This document shows, piece by piece, positions 27,736-40,626 of a DNA stretch of 64,000 nt. The DNA is from Eledone cirrhosa (lineage: Eukaryota), in the NCBI GenBank assembly GCA_964016885.1, contig OZ024740.1, positions 342,364,001 to 342,428,000 on the forward strand. The letters are read 5' to 3'. Made by a program: the position numbers and the translations under genes. The notes beneath the pieces were generated by a model. That model searched no databases. It was not told the origin of the DNA and was given only the letters and a program-made list of their open reading frames with translations. Position 1 is the first letter of the stretch. Every line of letters starts with the position of its first letter.

Positions 27736-30700
27736 AATAATAATAATAATGAAATTATTGTGTACAGTGCTCAGGTGCATTACAACTCGTCAAAGGTGCA
27801 TGTATAGTGCATAGAATAATATACAAATGTCAGGGAAGTGAATAGTGTACGAGTCATGAAATACATGTGTGCTTGTGTATGGAGGGGGGACATCAGGTGT
27901 TGTGTTGGCGAATCTCAGGAAGCATGGAGGTTTTAAAGGATGCAGTGTTTCGACAGCTAACAACTGATGCAAGTAGTTTGTTCCATGCTTCAGCAACTCT
28001 GAGCGTGAAAAAATGTTTCCGAAAGTCATGGGAACTGTGCTGTTTTCTGACTTTGTGGGCATACCCACGTGTGTTAGACACATGGAAATCAAAAAGGTAC
28101 TCAGGGTTGTTGTTGGCAAGATGGTTAATAATTTTGTGGGTGTTTACCAATTCAGTTGCCAGACGTCGGAGCTTCAATGTATCCATGCGCAGGGAAGCAA
28201 GGCGTTCAGAGTATCGTAGATGCCTGATGGAAGGTATTCGCTTGGTTGCACGTCTCTGAACAGTTTCCAGGCAGTCAATGTTCTGAGCAAGATAGGGGTT
28301 CCAGACTGGTGATGGAAATTCTAAGTGTGGCCGCACCATAGCTATATACAGCTTTAAATAGTTAGCTGGAGAGCGGCTGACAAAGGTCTTGCTGAGTGAT
28401 GCTAAGACATCCTCGGCCTTCTTGGCAATTTTAGAGACATGCTTCGTCCAATGCAAATCGCTACTGACCGTAATGCCTAGGTCATGCTCACAAGAAGACT
28501 TCTTGATATTAGTGTTGTGGAGGGAGTATGTGGATGCTGGGTTTTTACTCCCAAAATGCATGGTGGTACACTTGTCAACAGCTACCTTGAGATGCCAGTC
28601 TGTGATCCATTGTTGCAATGTGTCCAGGTCAGATTGCAGGAAAAATATATAATGTTCAGGATCTGTCCTTTTATCTCAAGGTACAGCTTGATGTCATCTG
28701 CATATTTCAGTACTGTGGCATTCTTTAAGTTGGCATCTATGTCATTAATATATGCCACAAACAAAAGGGGGCCAAGAACAGATCCCTGTGGTACACCAGA
28801 TGACATCTCATATGGTGAGGAATGCTGTCCTAGAACCGTGACTACCTCTCTTCGACTGAGAATGAAGGACTTCAACAAGTTAAAAAGATCATCTTTCATA
28901 CCCATTGCAGAGAGTTTTGCCATAAGTCTTTTGTGTGGCACAGAATTGAAAGCTTTAGCAAAGTCAAGGTAAACAACATCCATCCGTGATCCGGGTGATG
29001 TCTTCAAGAAACTCGATAAGTTGATCACAGCAGCTGGAGTTAGAGATAAATCAAAATTGCGAGGGCCGGATAAGACTGTGAGAGTTCCAGAAGTTCCAAA
29101 GCGTTTCTCTGACACAGGATTCCATCAGTTTTGCAATGCAGCTAGTAAGACTGACTGGACGATAGTTGACAGGTGATGTGCGGTCACCCTTTTTGAACAG
29201 AGGAATAACACTGGCAGTTTTCAACTGTTCTGGAGTAGCACCGTTATTCAGACAGAATTGGAAGAAGCGTGATAGCTGGTGCAGAAGGAAGTACCCACCA
29301 CGTTTGAGAAGCAGGTACGTAACACCATCAAGAGAAGGAGAGGTATGGTTGCTTTTATTTTTAAGGTGACGTCACAGCATTGCCGGTGTAAATTCCATAG
29401 TCGTAATAGTATCTGATGTCAGAGGTGGTGGAGATGGTACACTCTGGTCTTCAATAGTGAAAATGCCTGCATAGCATTCAGCAATGAGTTCTGCGCATTC
29501 CTTGGGGTCGTCAGTAACCTGGCTTGTGTGGGGATTGCGAAGAAGACCAGCTTGAGAGTGAGGCCTCTGCTTTGAGTGAACATACTTCCAGAACACCTTA
29601 CTGTCAGGGCTGGTTGCTATGCGCTGCTCAAATTGAAGCACTGCCTTTTTTGTCACCTGTTTGAGATGGTTGGATGATTTATTTCGCTTCTTCCTATTGA
29701 TATCTGATTTATGCAGTTTGTACCCACGTTCAGCATTACAACGTTCTTTTCTGGCAAGATGGACTGCTGCAGTCTCCCAAATTGCAATTTTAGGATGTTT
29801 TTTCTGCTTACGTGGCACCAATACTGCACATGCTGTCCATATTGAGCTCAGGATGTTCTGGAGTACTGTGTTGACATCTCCAGAGTCGTAGAACTCAAGC
29901 CAGTTTGGACGTTGCAACTCAGTGCAGTAACAGTTACAGTCTGCTTTATTCCAGTCAAAGTGAGCAGTTTGGAGATGGTTGTGGTTTTTGTTACTGCCCA
30001 ATGAGGGATAGATTGGCAATGATCATAGCATGATCAGAGTCACCTAAAGGTTCCTCAGTAGTAATACTAATAACCATTTCAGGAGTAGTGGTGAAGAGTA
30101 GGTCCAAGGTGTTGTCACCTCTTGTTGGGGAGGGGACTACTTAGGACCAGTTCGAGTCCAGTACTAGCTCAAGGAAGTCATTTGCACATTGCGGCCAACG
30201 AAAGGTTTCCCAGTCAATCTCAGGGTGATTGAAGTCCCCTGCAATAAAAACATAAGTGGCTGTTTGCCTGTCAACAACTCTGAGGATATCACAAAGTTGA
30301 GTGTCCTGATGGTAATTTTGAGGACGGTAAACAACTCCAAGTAGCAGTGTTGACATGGTCATACGTATATCGCAGAAAAATACCTCTTGTTGCGATTGGT
30401 TCAAATAAACACAAGGAATTGCCGAAAAATTTGACCGAACGTAGACCATTACACCACCACCACCACGATTAATGCGGTCTTTACGAAACAAGTTGTAGCC
30501 AGTTATGCTGAAAACCCCATCACAAAGTAAGGAATGTGCCCATATTTCCGTGACTGTAATGAAGTCAGGGTTGATACTTTTGACGTAGGAGTTAAAAAGA
30601 TGTATCTTATTGCATAGACTACGTGCATTCAAGGACAACAATTTGTACCTTGATTCCAGTCTATGATTATGTGCAGGGGATGGCAGGTTGTTCTGATTTA

Positions 30701-30836
30701 GTTTCCCAGAGTTTTTTCAGTTTTTTTATTGTCAGTTGTTGCAGGTACAGTGTTTTCAGAACAGCTGGTATCTCTTTTCCATGTTTCACCAGCCTTAATA
30801 AACTTCCATATCTGCCCATCATCACATTGGCTGAAG
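27736..30836 (-). mobile_element. CR1-like LINE (APE endonuclease + RT), frameshifted, nested in RTE
   Basis: APE motifs LNARSL, VTE.W, VYRP, GDFNHP.IDW (30141-30641). RT motifs YLDFAKAF, GVPQGSVLGPLLF, YADD (28582-29115). C-terminus VRPHLE...VW.P...QRRAT...WNKL. (ATT)n tail at 27736-27750. Confidence 0.9.
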
Positions 30837-30965
30837 CTGTGGGCACTTGCTACTTATTGCACCTGAGCATCGATCACATATAAAATCTACGCTCTGAGAT
30901 AGTTTACCTGTGATCCCACTACATCTTTTATGTACCCATAGTTTGCATTTGGGACATAAAATGGA
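30837..30965 (-). mobile_element. RTE family A, 5' remnant (PHD-finger region) of the interrupted copy
   Basis: Continues the 26718-27735 copy colinearly (compare 41630-41770). Encodes CPKCKLWVHKRCSG...CDRC. Ends at (TA)n. Confidence 0.88.
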
Positions 30966-32963
30966 TATATATATATATATACACACCATACACACATGTA
31001 CACATGTACACACACCCTACACACTCATATATCACACATATACAAACATGCATATATGTGAATTTACTGATACATCAATGTTTGAGTTTTTTCATCAGTA
31101 GCTTAACTTCTGGTTCTACAATAAAAGGCTGTTAATTTTGAAGTGTAAGAACCATAATTTAAGTTGTGTCAAACACCAACTTAATAATAAGAAAGTTAGT
31201 TATATTTCTAAATCACTCAAAATTCTTTATTATTTTCAAACATTTTTGAAAATCATTGTCCAACCCTTGCAAGCAGGGAAAAGCGGATGTAAAATGATGA
31301 TAATGATGATTGGCAATAACTTTTATTATAATATAAATATAATAATGAAAGGGTTGAATTTATTTGTCATACTTAGTATGAGGAGAAAACACAATGCCCT
31401 GAAACTCACACTGATCTGCCTAAACTTTAATATAGTATCTTATATATGATGTTGTGTAGGCCAGGTCAGCGCTATTCTAAACAACTCTAAATTTGATCAA
31501 AGGAATTATATCTGTAGCCACCCTTTCTTTTTACATGAATGTAGAACTACATTATAAATGTAGCATGGCCAAATGGTTAAGACATTTTTATACAACCATG
31601 AGGTTTTAAGCTTAATCCCACTGTGTGACATCTTTGGCATATGTCTTTTACCATAGCCTTAGGTTCATACAAACCTCATGAGTGAAACTGGATTGATAGA
31701 GACTGCTTCAAAGTCCAATGAATGGACTGTACTTATAATTTGAATAGCTAATCTTGTCACAAACTTTGTCATGCTGAATCTGCCTGAGAATTACAGCAAA
31801 GGTTTGCAAATCTTTGAAATACTCACCCACTTATACATTAATTTAACAAAGTAGACTATGCCATTGGTCACACTGATTGAGCATTCATCATTGAAACTGA
31901 TTTAGGTCCATTTAATTTGATACAACTACATTATCTAATGAATCCTTTCCTAATTTAAGATAGTAGGGTGTGGTTTGAGAGTGATTTTGCTACTATTTTT
32001 AGAAGGTCTATTGACCCCATAGATACTCACTTGTTGGTTTTAGTGTCTCATGTACAGAACTTCAACCTTTTAGTGTCATCATCATCATCATCATCACCAT
32101 CGTTTAACGTCTATTTTTCCACACTTGCATGGGTTATAACTTTATTAAGAAATGCATCTTGTCCCAATTTATAATGGTAGGATATGATTTGAGGAACATT
32201 AGGCTGCTATTTCTAGCATGTCCAGTCACTCCATCAATTCTCCCTCATTAGTTTCAAACCCTTATGTATAGAAAGAATCCAGTAAAATTAGCAATATAAC
32301 GCATTCACGTCACACAAACAAATATATTTGTTTGAAAAAAATGGAAGTGTTACATATATTAAAGAAAGGTTACCAAAGATATATAGCTGATAGAGCCATT
32401 TTCTTTTTCCTAAAGGCTAGGCAGAAGAAAGATTTTGGTTGAAGAAATTAGTCTAGGAATCTGTGATTTGTTGAAACAAAAGGCCAATGTTTCTCGTTAT
32501 TTCACTAAACACTAGTTCTATTTTATAAAGCTAAAAATAACATCTAAATTCCATTCTGACTGTTATACTAATATACTGTTCAAATCTTTGGTTGTAGAAT
32601 CTTCAAGATAATTGGTTAGATAGTGTGAAAGAGAAAGTTTGAGTGAGTCTTACATTGATTGAGACAAACACACACTAACTTGCTTGATACTTTCCAAGAA
32701 AATTGAGAAATTTAAAACAACAGTGATATCTAAATGGGTATAGAACTCCTGAAAGTATTAGGTTCTAATTAAGATCACCCTGTTTACTGTTAGCTTGTTT
32801 GTAGGTTGTGGATGATATCCTTGTTATATGAAAATATATGGTTTAATGGTTTATAAATCTGCTACATACACATGTATGCTATACTTTTATATATACAGGC
32901 ATACATGTGTGTGTGCATGTGTTTATATATATATATATACATACACACCATACATACAAAAAC

Positions 32964-33016
<53 letters not shown>

Positions 33017-33019
<3 letters not shown>

Positions 33020-33711
33020 TCATCATTACCATTTTACATCCATTCTTCCATTCTAGCATGGGTTAGACGAGTTGTCCTGTTGTGGGCAATGCCAGGTCAG
33101 GTGACTATGTCTTGCTCATACAGAACTAATTTTGGCTTGATTTCTACAGCTGGATGCCCTTCCTAACACCAACCTCATTTACAGTGAGTACTGGGTGCTT
33201 TTTACCGTGGTGCCTACACAACCTCTTTACAGTATGGACTTGGCATGCAATTGGGCAAGATCAGCTTTTATCACCTCATCCCAGGTCTTCTTGGGTCTCC
33301 TCATTCCAAGGCTTCCATTGACTTTTAGCGCTCTACACATTTTTATGCAGCACTCATCCTTCATACACATCACATGTCCATACCAACGTAATCTCCTTTC
33401 CTGCACACAGCATTTGATTCCTCTTATACCTAGTCTCCCGTAATTCGTTTATGCTTTGCCATTCACATATATTACTATTACACATCCATCAGAGCATGCA
33501 AGCTTCGTTTATTTCTAATCTATGCAAGTCTTCTTTACACAACGCCCAGGTCTCACTACTATGCAACATTGCTGTTCATATGTACACATCATACAGTCTG
33601 CCTTTCATTTTGAGGGAAAAGCCTTTTGCAGTGGCAGTAGCTCTCTGAACTTTTTCCATCCTGTTCTTACCCTGGTTACTGTACTTTCAGAACACCCACC
33701 TCCACTGCTAA
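33017..33711 (-). mobile_element. RTE family A-related 3' fragment, diverged
   Basis: (CAT)n tail, ggatgcccttcctaa 3' UTR motif, and homology to the RT C-terminus of 41020-41570. Ends at (TA)n. Confidence 0.85.
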
Positions 33712-33738
33712 TTCGGATATATATATATATATATGCAT

Positions 33739-33790
33739 GAAAAAATTCAGGGCCCCCGACGACTGAGCTCCACCAGCCGTTTCAACAGCT
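33739..33790 (-). mobile_element. Hammerhead 3'-half remnant next to (TA)n (family of 45003)
   Basis: The minus strand reads GAAA-CGGCTG-gtggagct-CAGTCG-TC-ggggg. Confidence 0.5.
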
Positions 33791-33791
33791 A

Positions 33792-34168
33792 TCTTCTTCT
33801 TCTTCTTTGCCCACAAATTCCTGAGAGGGTCGTGGGGTAAGAGTCGTCAAACATTCCTTCCATCAGGTTCTGTCAGAAACAACCATCTCCAACTGATCCA
33901 GCTGGGTCCCTAAGCAAGACCAGCCAAGCTCATGGATATAATCCAATCATCTTGCTTGGGGTCTACCCCTGGGTCTCCTTCTGGTTGGTTTTGCCTGTAA
34001 AATCTGTCCAGAGATTCTTTCCTGAGACATTCTAGCCACATGCCCGTAGTATTGGAGCTGTGATCTCTTAATTCAGAGAAGTAGTGGCTCTACCTCGACT
34101 GACTCGTTGATCTCTGAGCCATGCACTCTATTGAGTAAAGTTACTCCAAAGACTATTTGGCCACTTGT
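33792..34168 (-). mobile_element. RTE-like LINE 3' fragment, family B
   Basis: Translates SQLQYYGHVARMSQER...RRPRGRP. (TTC)n tail on the + strand at 33792. Confidence 0.78.
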
Positions 34169-34199
34169 ATTTATATATACATACATATATATATATGTG

Positions 34200-34329
34200 T
34201 ATCCCAGGTTCTATCGGGAGTAACCACAGTAAAAAGGTACTCAATACATAGCAGAGTATAAATATTTAATATAGAAATGGCTTCTGACGATTTCCTCTGA
34301 ATGAAACAGTTCTAGTCCTGTAGAAGCCA

Positions 34330-34336
<7 letters not shown>
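34200..34336. mobile_element. TA-embedded foldback element with hammerhead core
   Basis: CTGACGA (34284)-t-TTC-ctct-GAA-t-GAAA-CAG-ttctagtc-CTG-TA-gaagccat. Arms 34271-34285 and 34322-34336. Confidence 0.65.
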
Positions 34337-34363
<27 letters not shown>

Positions 34364-35375
34364 AGGTTCATTCAGGAAGTTCTGAGACTTCTTCAGGAGA
34401 AACATTTATGAATTTCAAAGAAGTACAAAACTAATCTTTTTCAAAGTATGATCCTCTGAGTTTTATGCACTTGCAGTGCTCCAACCACTTTGTGAAGATC
34501 CTTCCTATCACCAACCACTTTACAGTGTGGATTGGGTGCATTATTTGTGCCACCAGTACAGAAATTGTCTTACTGGACTCATGAGTTCTCGCTACCCTAT
34601 ATCAATTTATATTTGGAGTGTCTACTCTCCTAGATGAGTTGCCTTCACTACAGCTTACAGGCTCCATGTCTGCCCCATACAATCATTTTTAATCGGAGCC
34701 TCTGTTCTCCTAGATGTGTTGCCTTCACTGCGGCTTATGGAGTTCTCCTCTGTCCTCACCAGTTGTTTTTTTTTTAAATCAGAGTCAGTAGACAAGCTGC
34801 CTTCATTACAGCTATGGGGTCCGCATCTGCCCTGAGGAGTCATTTATAATTAGAGTTTTCCCCATCCTTGACAATCTGCCTTCTCAATAAACTACAAAAC
34901 TCAACATCTCTGTACAATCTTAATTTTACTTTACTCAGAACGACTGCTCTCTTAGATACTTGTCTACATTGGACAAAAGAGTAGTAATTTAACATTGGTG
35001 ATGTAAGAGGTAAGTAGGGAAAACAACAGACAGGAAAATGATGGAATGAGGTGAGGGGGAGTAAGGCCATATCTGACAAACAACAATCTGGAACGTCATG
35101 AATAGGGGGTAGGGGAGAGGTACGTCATGACGTTAGAACAAGAAGCTGCAATAAATATAAATAAATATATATAAATTTAAATATAAATAAATATCAATAA
35201 GTATAAATAAATATAAACAAGTATAAACAAACATAAATACTAAGTCAAACAATTAGGGTTTATATGTCTTACATGTTTGATTATTTTCTTAGTCACAAAA
35301 ACATGCATTGTAGCTATTAACTTTACTCGTATGAAGATTCATAATCATATATACATAAGGATATATATATATATA

Positions 35376-35513
35376 TAGATGTGTAAAATCCTGATCGCAG
35401 TGCCAAGCGGTTTCAGGGTTTTACACATCTCTATATCCACTCTACATCTTCCCATGTATCAAGTACTCACATGTTTAGTGGTCTCCTTGATCTCAGCATT
35501 GCAGACTCTATTC
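35376..35513 (+). mobile_element. TA-embedded foldback element, hammerhead 3' half (family of 44350)
   Basis: The inverted arm reads GAAA-CCGC-ttggcact-GCGA-TC-aggatt on the minus strand. The sense copy starts tc/agggtt at 35413-35415. Confidence 0.6.
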
Positions 35514-35540
35514 ATATATATATATATATATATCTGTGTA

Positions 35541-35597
<57 letters not shown>

Positions 35598-35700
35598 ATA
35601 TATATAAGTATAAAGTAAGTGTTCAAGTGCAGAAATGCTTTAAAGACAGCTTATAAAATAGGGGGAAGACTCTTAAAAGGGGGAAAAAGAAGTTGCCATC

Positions 35701-35773
35701 GGCTGCTATGAGGAAATGAACCCCGTATCTTCCAGATATTGGCTAGACGCTTTAACCGTTAAGCTAAGGAGCC
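35701..35773 (-). pseudogene. tRNA-Ile(AAT)-like pseudogene or SINE head
   Basis: Acceptor stem GGCTCCT/AGCAGCC, D-arm TAGCTTAACGGTTAAAGC, anticodon arm TCTAG-CCAATAT-CTGGA. The T-arm is broken and position 33 is C, so it is probably non-functional. Confidence 0.6.
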
Positions 35774-36110
35774 ATGACAAATTTCTTCCTTCATTTTAGC
35801 TAAGTAACTGGACAACAGCTTTCAGATGTCAGCAGGCAGGCAGAGAGGGTGACAGACAGACATCTGTGTGTAAACAAATAGTATACAAAGCTGAATGTTT
35901 GGCTTTTTGAAGCACTGAGAATATCATCATCATCATTTAACGTCCATTTTCTGTGCTAGCATGGGTAGGACGGGCTGTCCCTTTGTGAGCGATCAGAACG
36001 GAGGACCATGTTTCGCTCACACAGAACTGATTCTGGCTTGGTTTCTATGGCTGGATGCCCTTCCTAATGCCAACCATATTTTTAGTGTATACATATATAT
36101 ATATATATAT

Positions 36111-36310
36111 CCTTATGTAGTTTACGGATGATGGAAAAGACTACTCAATACCAAATTAGAGCTTAAATATACATTTATTATAGCTAAGTAGTAAGTCACA
36201 CTACTCTGGAATTTCACCCGCACAGCTTCATCAGACAAGACTAATGATCCTGTGAGTGCACAGGTGAAACTCCAGAGTAACAAGACTCACCACTCAGCCA
36301 CAATAAATGA
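36111..36310. mobile_element. TA-embedded element with two oppositely oriented hammerhead-like motifs
   Basis: Minus: agtcttgt-CTGATGA (36234-36228)-agctgtgcgggt-GAAA-ttccagag-TA. Plus: CTAATGA (36241)-t-CCTGTG-agtg-CACAGG-t-GAAA-CTCCAGAG-TA-acaagact. Confidence 0.62.
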
Positions 36311-36379
36311 ATATATATATATATGTGTGTATGTGTGTGTGTATGTATACATATATTCAGTATTACAAAAAAAAACAAG

Positions 36380-36798
36380 GTTAACAACTTACATTCATTT
36401 CAGTTGGGAGGGGGCATGGGGATGGGTAAGGTCAGATGTTATACTGGTAGACAGGTTTTCTCCAGTACAGCATGTTTTGAATTCTCACAGTTCTTTGTCG
36501 TCTCTGTTGTGAGGTTCAATTTATTAAGGCTGGTCTTCTTGAGTCTGCCCCTTCCAAGCCACTGAGATTTCTCTGGATTTCTTTATAGAGCTGTCATCTT
36601 CCATATGCATGGCAATATGCACATGGCAATACCAATACAATCTTCTCTCTTGCACACTATATCCAATTCCTCTTATGCCAAGTTTTTCTCTCACCTCGTT
36701 TATGCTAAATCATTCATGCACACTAACTTTACACATCCACTGGAGCACACTTGCTCATTTCTTTCTAGTCTTCACAGGTCTTCTGCAGTCAAGGCCCA
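36380..36798 (-). mobile_element. Old RTE-type 3' fragment
   Basis: Degenerate homology to the RTE C-terminal coding region. Its tail piece lies at 35925-36088 and is separated from it by a TA-embedded foldback element. Confidence 0.6.
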
Positions 36799-36821
36799 TG
36801 AATATATATATATATATATAT

Positions 36822-37398
36822 AATTATAATAAAATAACAGGAGGCTGGACTTGTGTAAATCCTTGAAAGGTTTATTATACTATGATCATTTCAATGACCG
36901 GGTTCCGTATGAATCCAGTGATATCATCAGGTATTCGAAATATAATAAATGAATGTAACAGATAAAATCCATGGGGCTGAAAATCATAGATCCGAGGACA
37001 AACGACCATCTAGCATTTTCCACTTTAGCCGGACGACCGACCATCTAGCATCTTCCACTTTAACCGGCTAAAGTGGAAGATGCTAGATGGTCGGTCGTCC
37101 TCGGCTCTATGATTTTCAGCCCCATGGATTTTATCTGTTACATTCATTTATTATATTTCGAATACCTGATGATATCACCGGATTCATACGGAACCCGGTC
37201 ATTGAAATGATCATAGTATAATAAACCTTTCAAGGATTTACACAAGTCCAGCCTCCTGTCATTTTATTTACAATAATTAACTCCGTATTAGCACTACCAA
37301 CTACACAAATGAAGACGGTTGAGCTGCTTTACGTTGAGTACTCTCCATATTATTACATCAAGATTGACCATACGGAATGACCAACTCTATCCAACTCT
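36822..37398 (+). mobile_element. TA-embedded long foldback element with a hammerhead in both arms
   Basis: Arms about 36828-37032 and 37064-37268, near-identical, with a duplicated 34-nt block at the centre. (TA)n on both flanks. Confidence 0.8.
37162..37219 (+). ncRNA. Type-I hammerhead ribozyme motif (mirror copy 36877-36934 on -)
   Basis: ATAC-CTGATGA-t-atcACCGGattcatacggaacCCGGTcat-t-GAAA-TGATCA-TA/GTAT. Predicted cleavage after A37215. Confidence 0.72.
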
Positions 37399-38345
37399 AT
37401 ATATATATATATATATATACTAATATAGTACAAAACCAATATACCTACTGGAAACTACACATTGATTGCTCACTCTGGTGAACCTACAGTAACCGGACAT
37501 TACAACCCCTTAAAAAATATACATATAGACATCATACAATGTAATTTACTTTGTACATTAAAATCTAACAATGTTTCATACAAATTGTCTTACTACAAAT
37601 TTAAATATCTATCTATTGATATATTATTGTCATCATCATTTTGCATGCCGGCATGAGTTGGATGGGTTCGTATGGTCTGAGACTAAATGAGTCAGAGGCC
37701 ATGTTTTGCTCATATGTTTCATCCAACTTTGACATAATTTTTACTGCAGGATGCCCTTTCTACTATTACCAACTACTTTACTGAATATACTGGGTGCATT
37801 TGATCATGGCACCAGCAGTAGCACTTTGCATGTTGTATTAGGTGCATTTTACCATGACACTAACACTACTTCTTTACAGAGTGTATTGGGTGTATTTTAT
37901 CATGGCACCAGCACTACTACTTTACTGAATATACTGTGCCTATGGGAAGGCAGGTTTTTTGTATTAACGCCAGAGATCCCAATCTTGTGTCATTGTCTTC
38001 AGTGTATTTTTTTGTGGCTCTATCTTTGGATATTTTGGCTGCCATATTAGCAAACTTCTTTGTATATGTATGCATGTATTATCTGAAGGCCTTGTTAGTA
38101 AACTTCTTCAGCTTGTTCACATACACACACACATACACATACATGTCAGATATACACATATGTCTGTGCATTTCACATCTTCAGACACACACACACACTT
38201 AAATATCAGCACAATAGTAAATATGTGCCACAATAAGCTACGTATTTCTATTCCCCTCTGGATTTACAACTGATAAGCTGTAATTGTATAATTAGGGAGG
38301 TATATTAATAAGGTTTATATCTTATGTATGCCATAGCTCAGCAAA

Positions 38346-38418
<73 letters not shown>

Positions 38419-38659
38419 CTCTCTCTCTCTCACACACACTCTCTCTCTCTCACTCTCTTCATAGCTTTTGTTCAGATAAGGCACGAATGTGATTTGTGGT
38501 GACAGTTTTCAGGGACTCCTGCGATATATCAGCAGGAGCACAGTTTTAGTGTAGTTTAGTGTAATGAATCCAGCTATATTTATCATGAATACATAAAGAT
38601 ATAGTTGTACACATACATTCATCTTGTTGGTGTTATTGTTACACTCCCTGTCAGTCCCA

Positions 38660-38965
38660 AAGATGAATGTTCTAGTTTTTTGTCTAAAGGAAATCCAGAT
38701 TGTGAAATTAACGTGCAAGCAAGTGGCTGAGCATTCCACAGGCATGTGCACCCTTAGCATAATTCTCAGAGAGATTTAGCATCACATTTTCTGTGACAAG
38801 GCTGACTTTTTTAATAGCAGGTACAACTCACTTTTGCCAGCAGAGTGGACTGGATTAATGTGAAACAAAGTATCTTGCTCAAGGATACAGCATGTTGTCA
38901 GGAATCAAACACATAACATGAAGATTGTGAACTGAACACCATAACCACTAAGTCACATGCATTCA
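38660..38965 (-). mobile_element. Older tRNA-SINE family copy
   Basis: Colinear with 1-205 and 8330-8790. Confidence 0.7.
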
Positions 38966-39212
38966 CTCATACATATATGCATTAAAGTTTGAATGAAATA
39001 TGAAAAGTTTGTACTATAAAATAGAATGATACACTTAGATGGTATTATGAAGTATAATGTTTGTGTTTGTAATAGATATATTTCCATGCATCAGCTATAT
39101 CCTAAAGCAAAGATATTTAAAATGTGTTGATAAGGCAATAATTTAAATTAGCAGCATTCATATATGAACTTGTATGAGAAACTTTTGCTACTTCAAGTGG
39201 CTATATGAATTG

Positions 39213-39397
39213 ATAATTGTTTCTACTTTAGGCACAAGGCCAGCAATTACCCAGTACATTACTGGTACTTTATTTTATCGACCCCATAAGGATGAAAGGC
39301 AAAGTCAACCTCGGCGGGATTTGAACTCAGATCATAAAGGGACGTAACTATGCTGGAAAGCATGGCGTCCGACCCTCTACCGATACTGCCAATCCAC
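39213..39397 (-). mobile_element. tRNA-derived SINE
   Basis: Reverse complement of the 13157 family. Confidence 0.9.
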
Positions 39398-39882
39398 AAT
39401 AACACTCTAACAGATATGCTGAGTCCTTACTCTCCAAGACCCCAATTTGTGGGAATTTTTTTGCCTTCAGGCATTGGTTTTTCAAAAGGAAAGGAACCAA
39501 TCATTAGATTGGACAAAGGAAACAATGTTTTCATTAGCCTTTCCATTGCTGAAACTATCTGGCAGTTGCAGCTCCTGGCAGAAGGGGAAACATAATGTAT
39601 TTTGTTCAAGAACCCAATATGTCGCCTGGTCCAGGAATCAAAACTGTGACCTTGTGATTGGAAGTCTGACACCAGAACCACTAGGCCACATAAATCTATA
39701 TGTGCATGTGTGTGTGGCCCCATTGCGTAACATTCCATATTTAGGTATTTGTGTTCTCACATGTAGACACACGTCCTTTACGATAGTGTTGTGTCCCTAA
39801 ACAAAGTTTATTTCCTTTAATAGTTACAATGTAATTTATCTGCAGTATGTATACGATGAGATATGATTAAAATGTGTGTGTA

Positions 39883-40366
39883 TCATCATCATTTTACGTC
39901 CGCTTTTTCCCTGCTTGCAAGGGTGGGACAGGAACTGATTCTGGCTTGATTTCTACAGCTGGATGCCCTTCCTAACACCAACCACATTTACAGTGAGTGC
40001 TGGGTGCTTTTTTTTTGCCGTGGCACCTCCACGACCACTTTTCAGTGGAATGATAGGGACCCCAGACCCTATCATCTCATTTCTACAGCTGAGTAAACTG
40101 GAGCAATGTGAAATAAAGTGTCTTGCTCAAGACACTTTGCTCCAGTTTACTCAGCTGTAGAAATGAGATGATAGGGACTGGGGTCCCTATCATTCCACTG
40201 CAAAAGTGGTCGTGGAGGTGCCACGGCAAAAAAGCACCCAGCACTCACTGTAAATGAGGTTGGTGTTAGGAAGGGCATCCAGCTGTAGAAATCAAGCCAG
40301 AATCAGTTCCCGTCCCACCCTTGCAAGCAGGGAAAAGTGGACGTGAAATGATGATGATGATGATGA
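39883..40366. repeat. About 480-bp near-perfect palindrome built from an RTE-type 3' tail and a SINE fragment
   Basis: The arms mirror around 40126-40127. (CAT)n/(GAT)n tails point outwards. Confidence 0.92.
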
Positions 40367-40626
40367 TATGTGAAGTAATTCCGTCGGAAAGGTACTGGTA
40401 TGTGTATTACTAGATGTGTATTTTTATGTATATATATTTATGTATATGCACATCTCGTGTTTTTTTTCTTATTACCTCATGTATATGTATGTGTATGTAT
40501 TTTTGTCCCTGTCTGTAGTCGCATATACGCTTATGTGAATAAGTATACGTCTACATACTTTTTAAGTATATGCGCGTGGTTGTGAGTGTGTGTATGTTTT
40601 TGTTCTCGATATTTATTGTTTATTTA

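Noticed and set aside
36822-37398. Interpreting the TA-flanked foldbacks as Tc1/mariner MITEs
   Set aside because: The inverted arms are asymmetric, with an unpaired tail on one side. They lack shared terminal TIR motifs and contain hammerhead cores.
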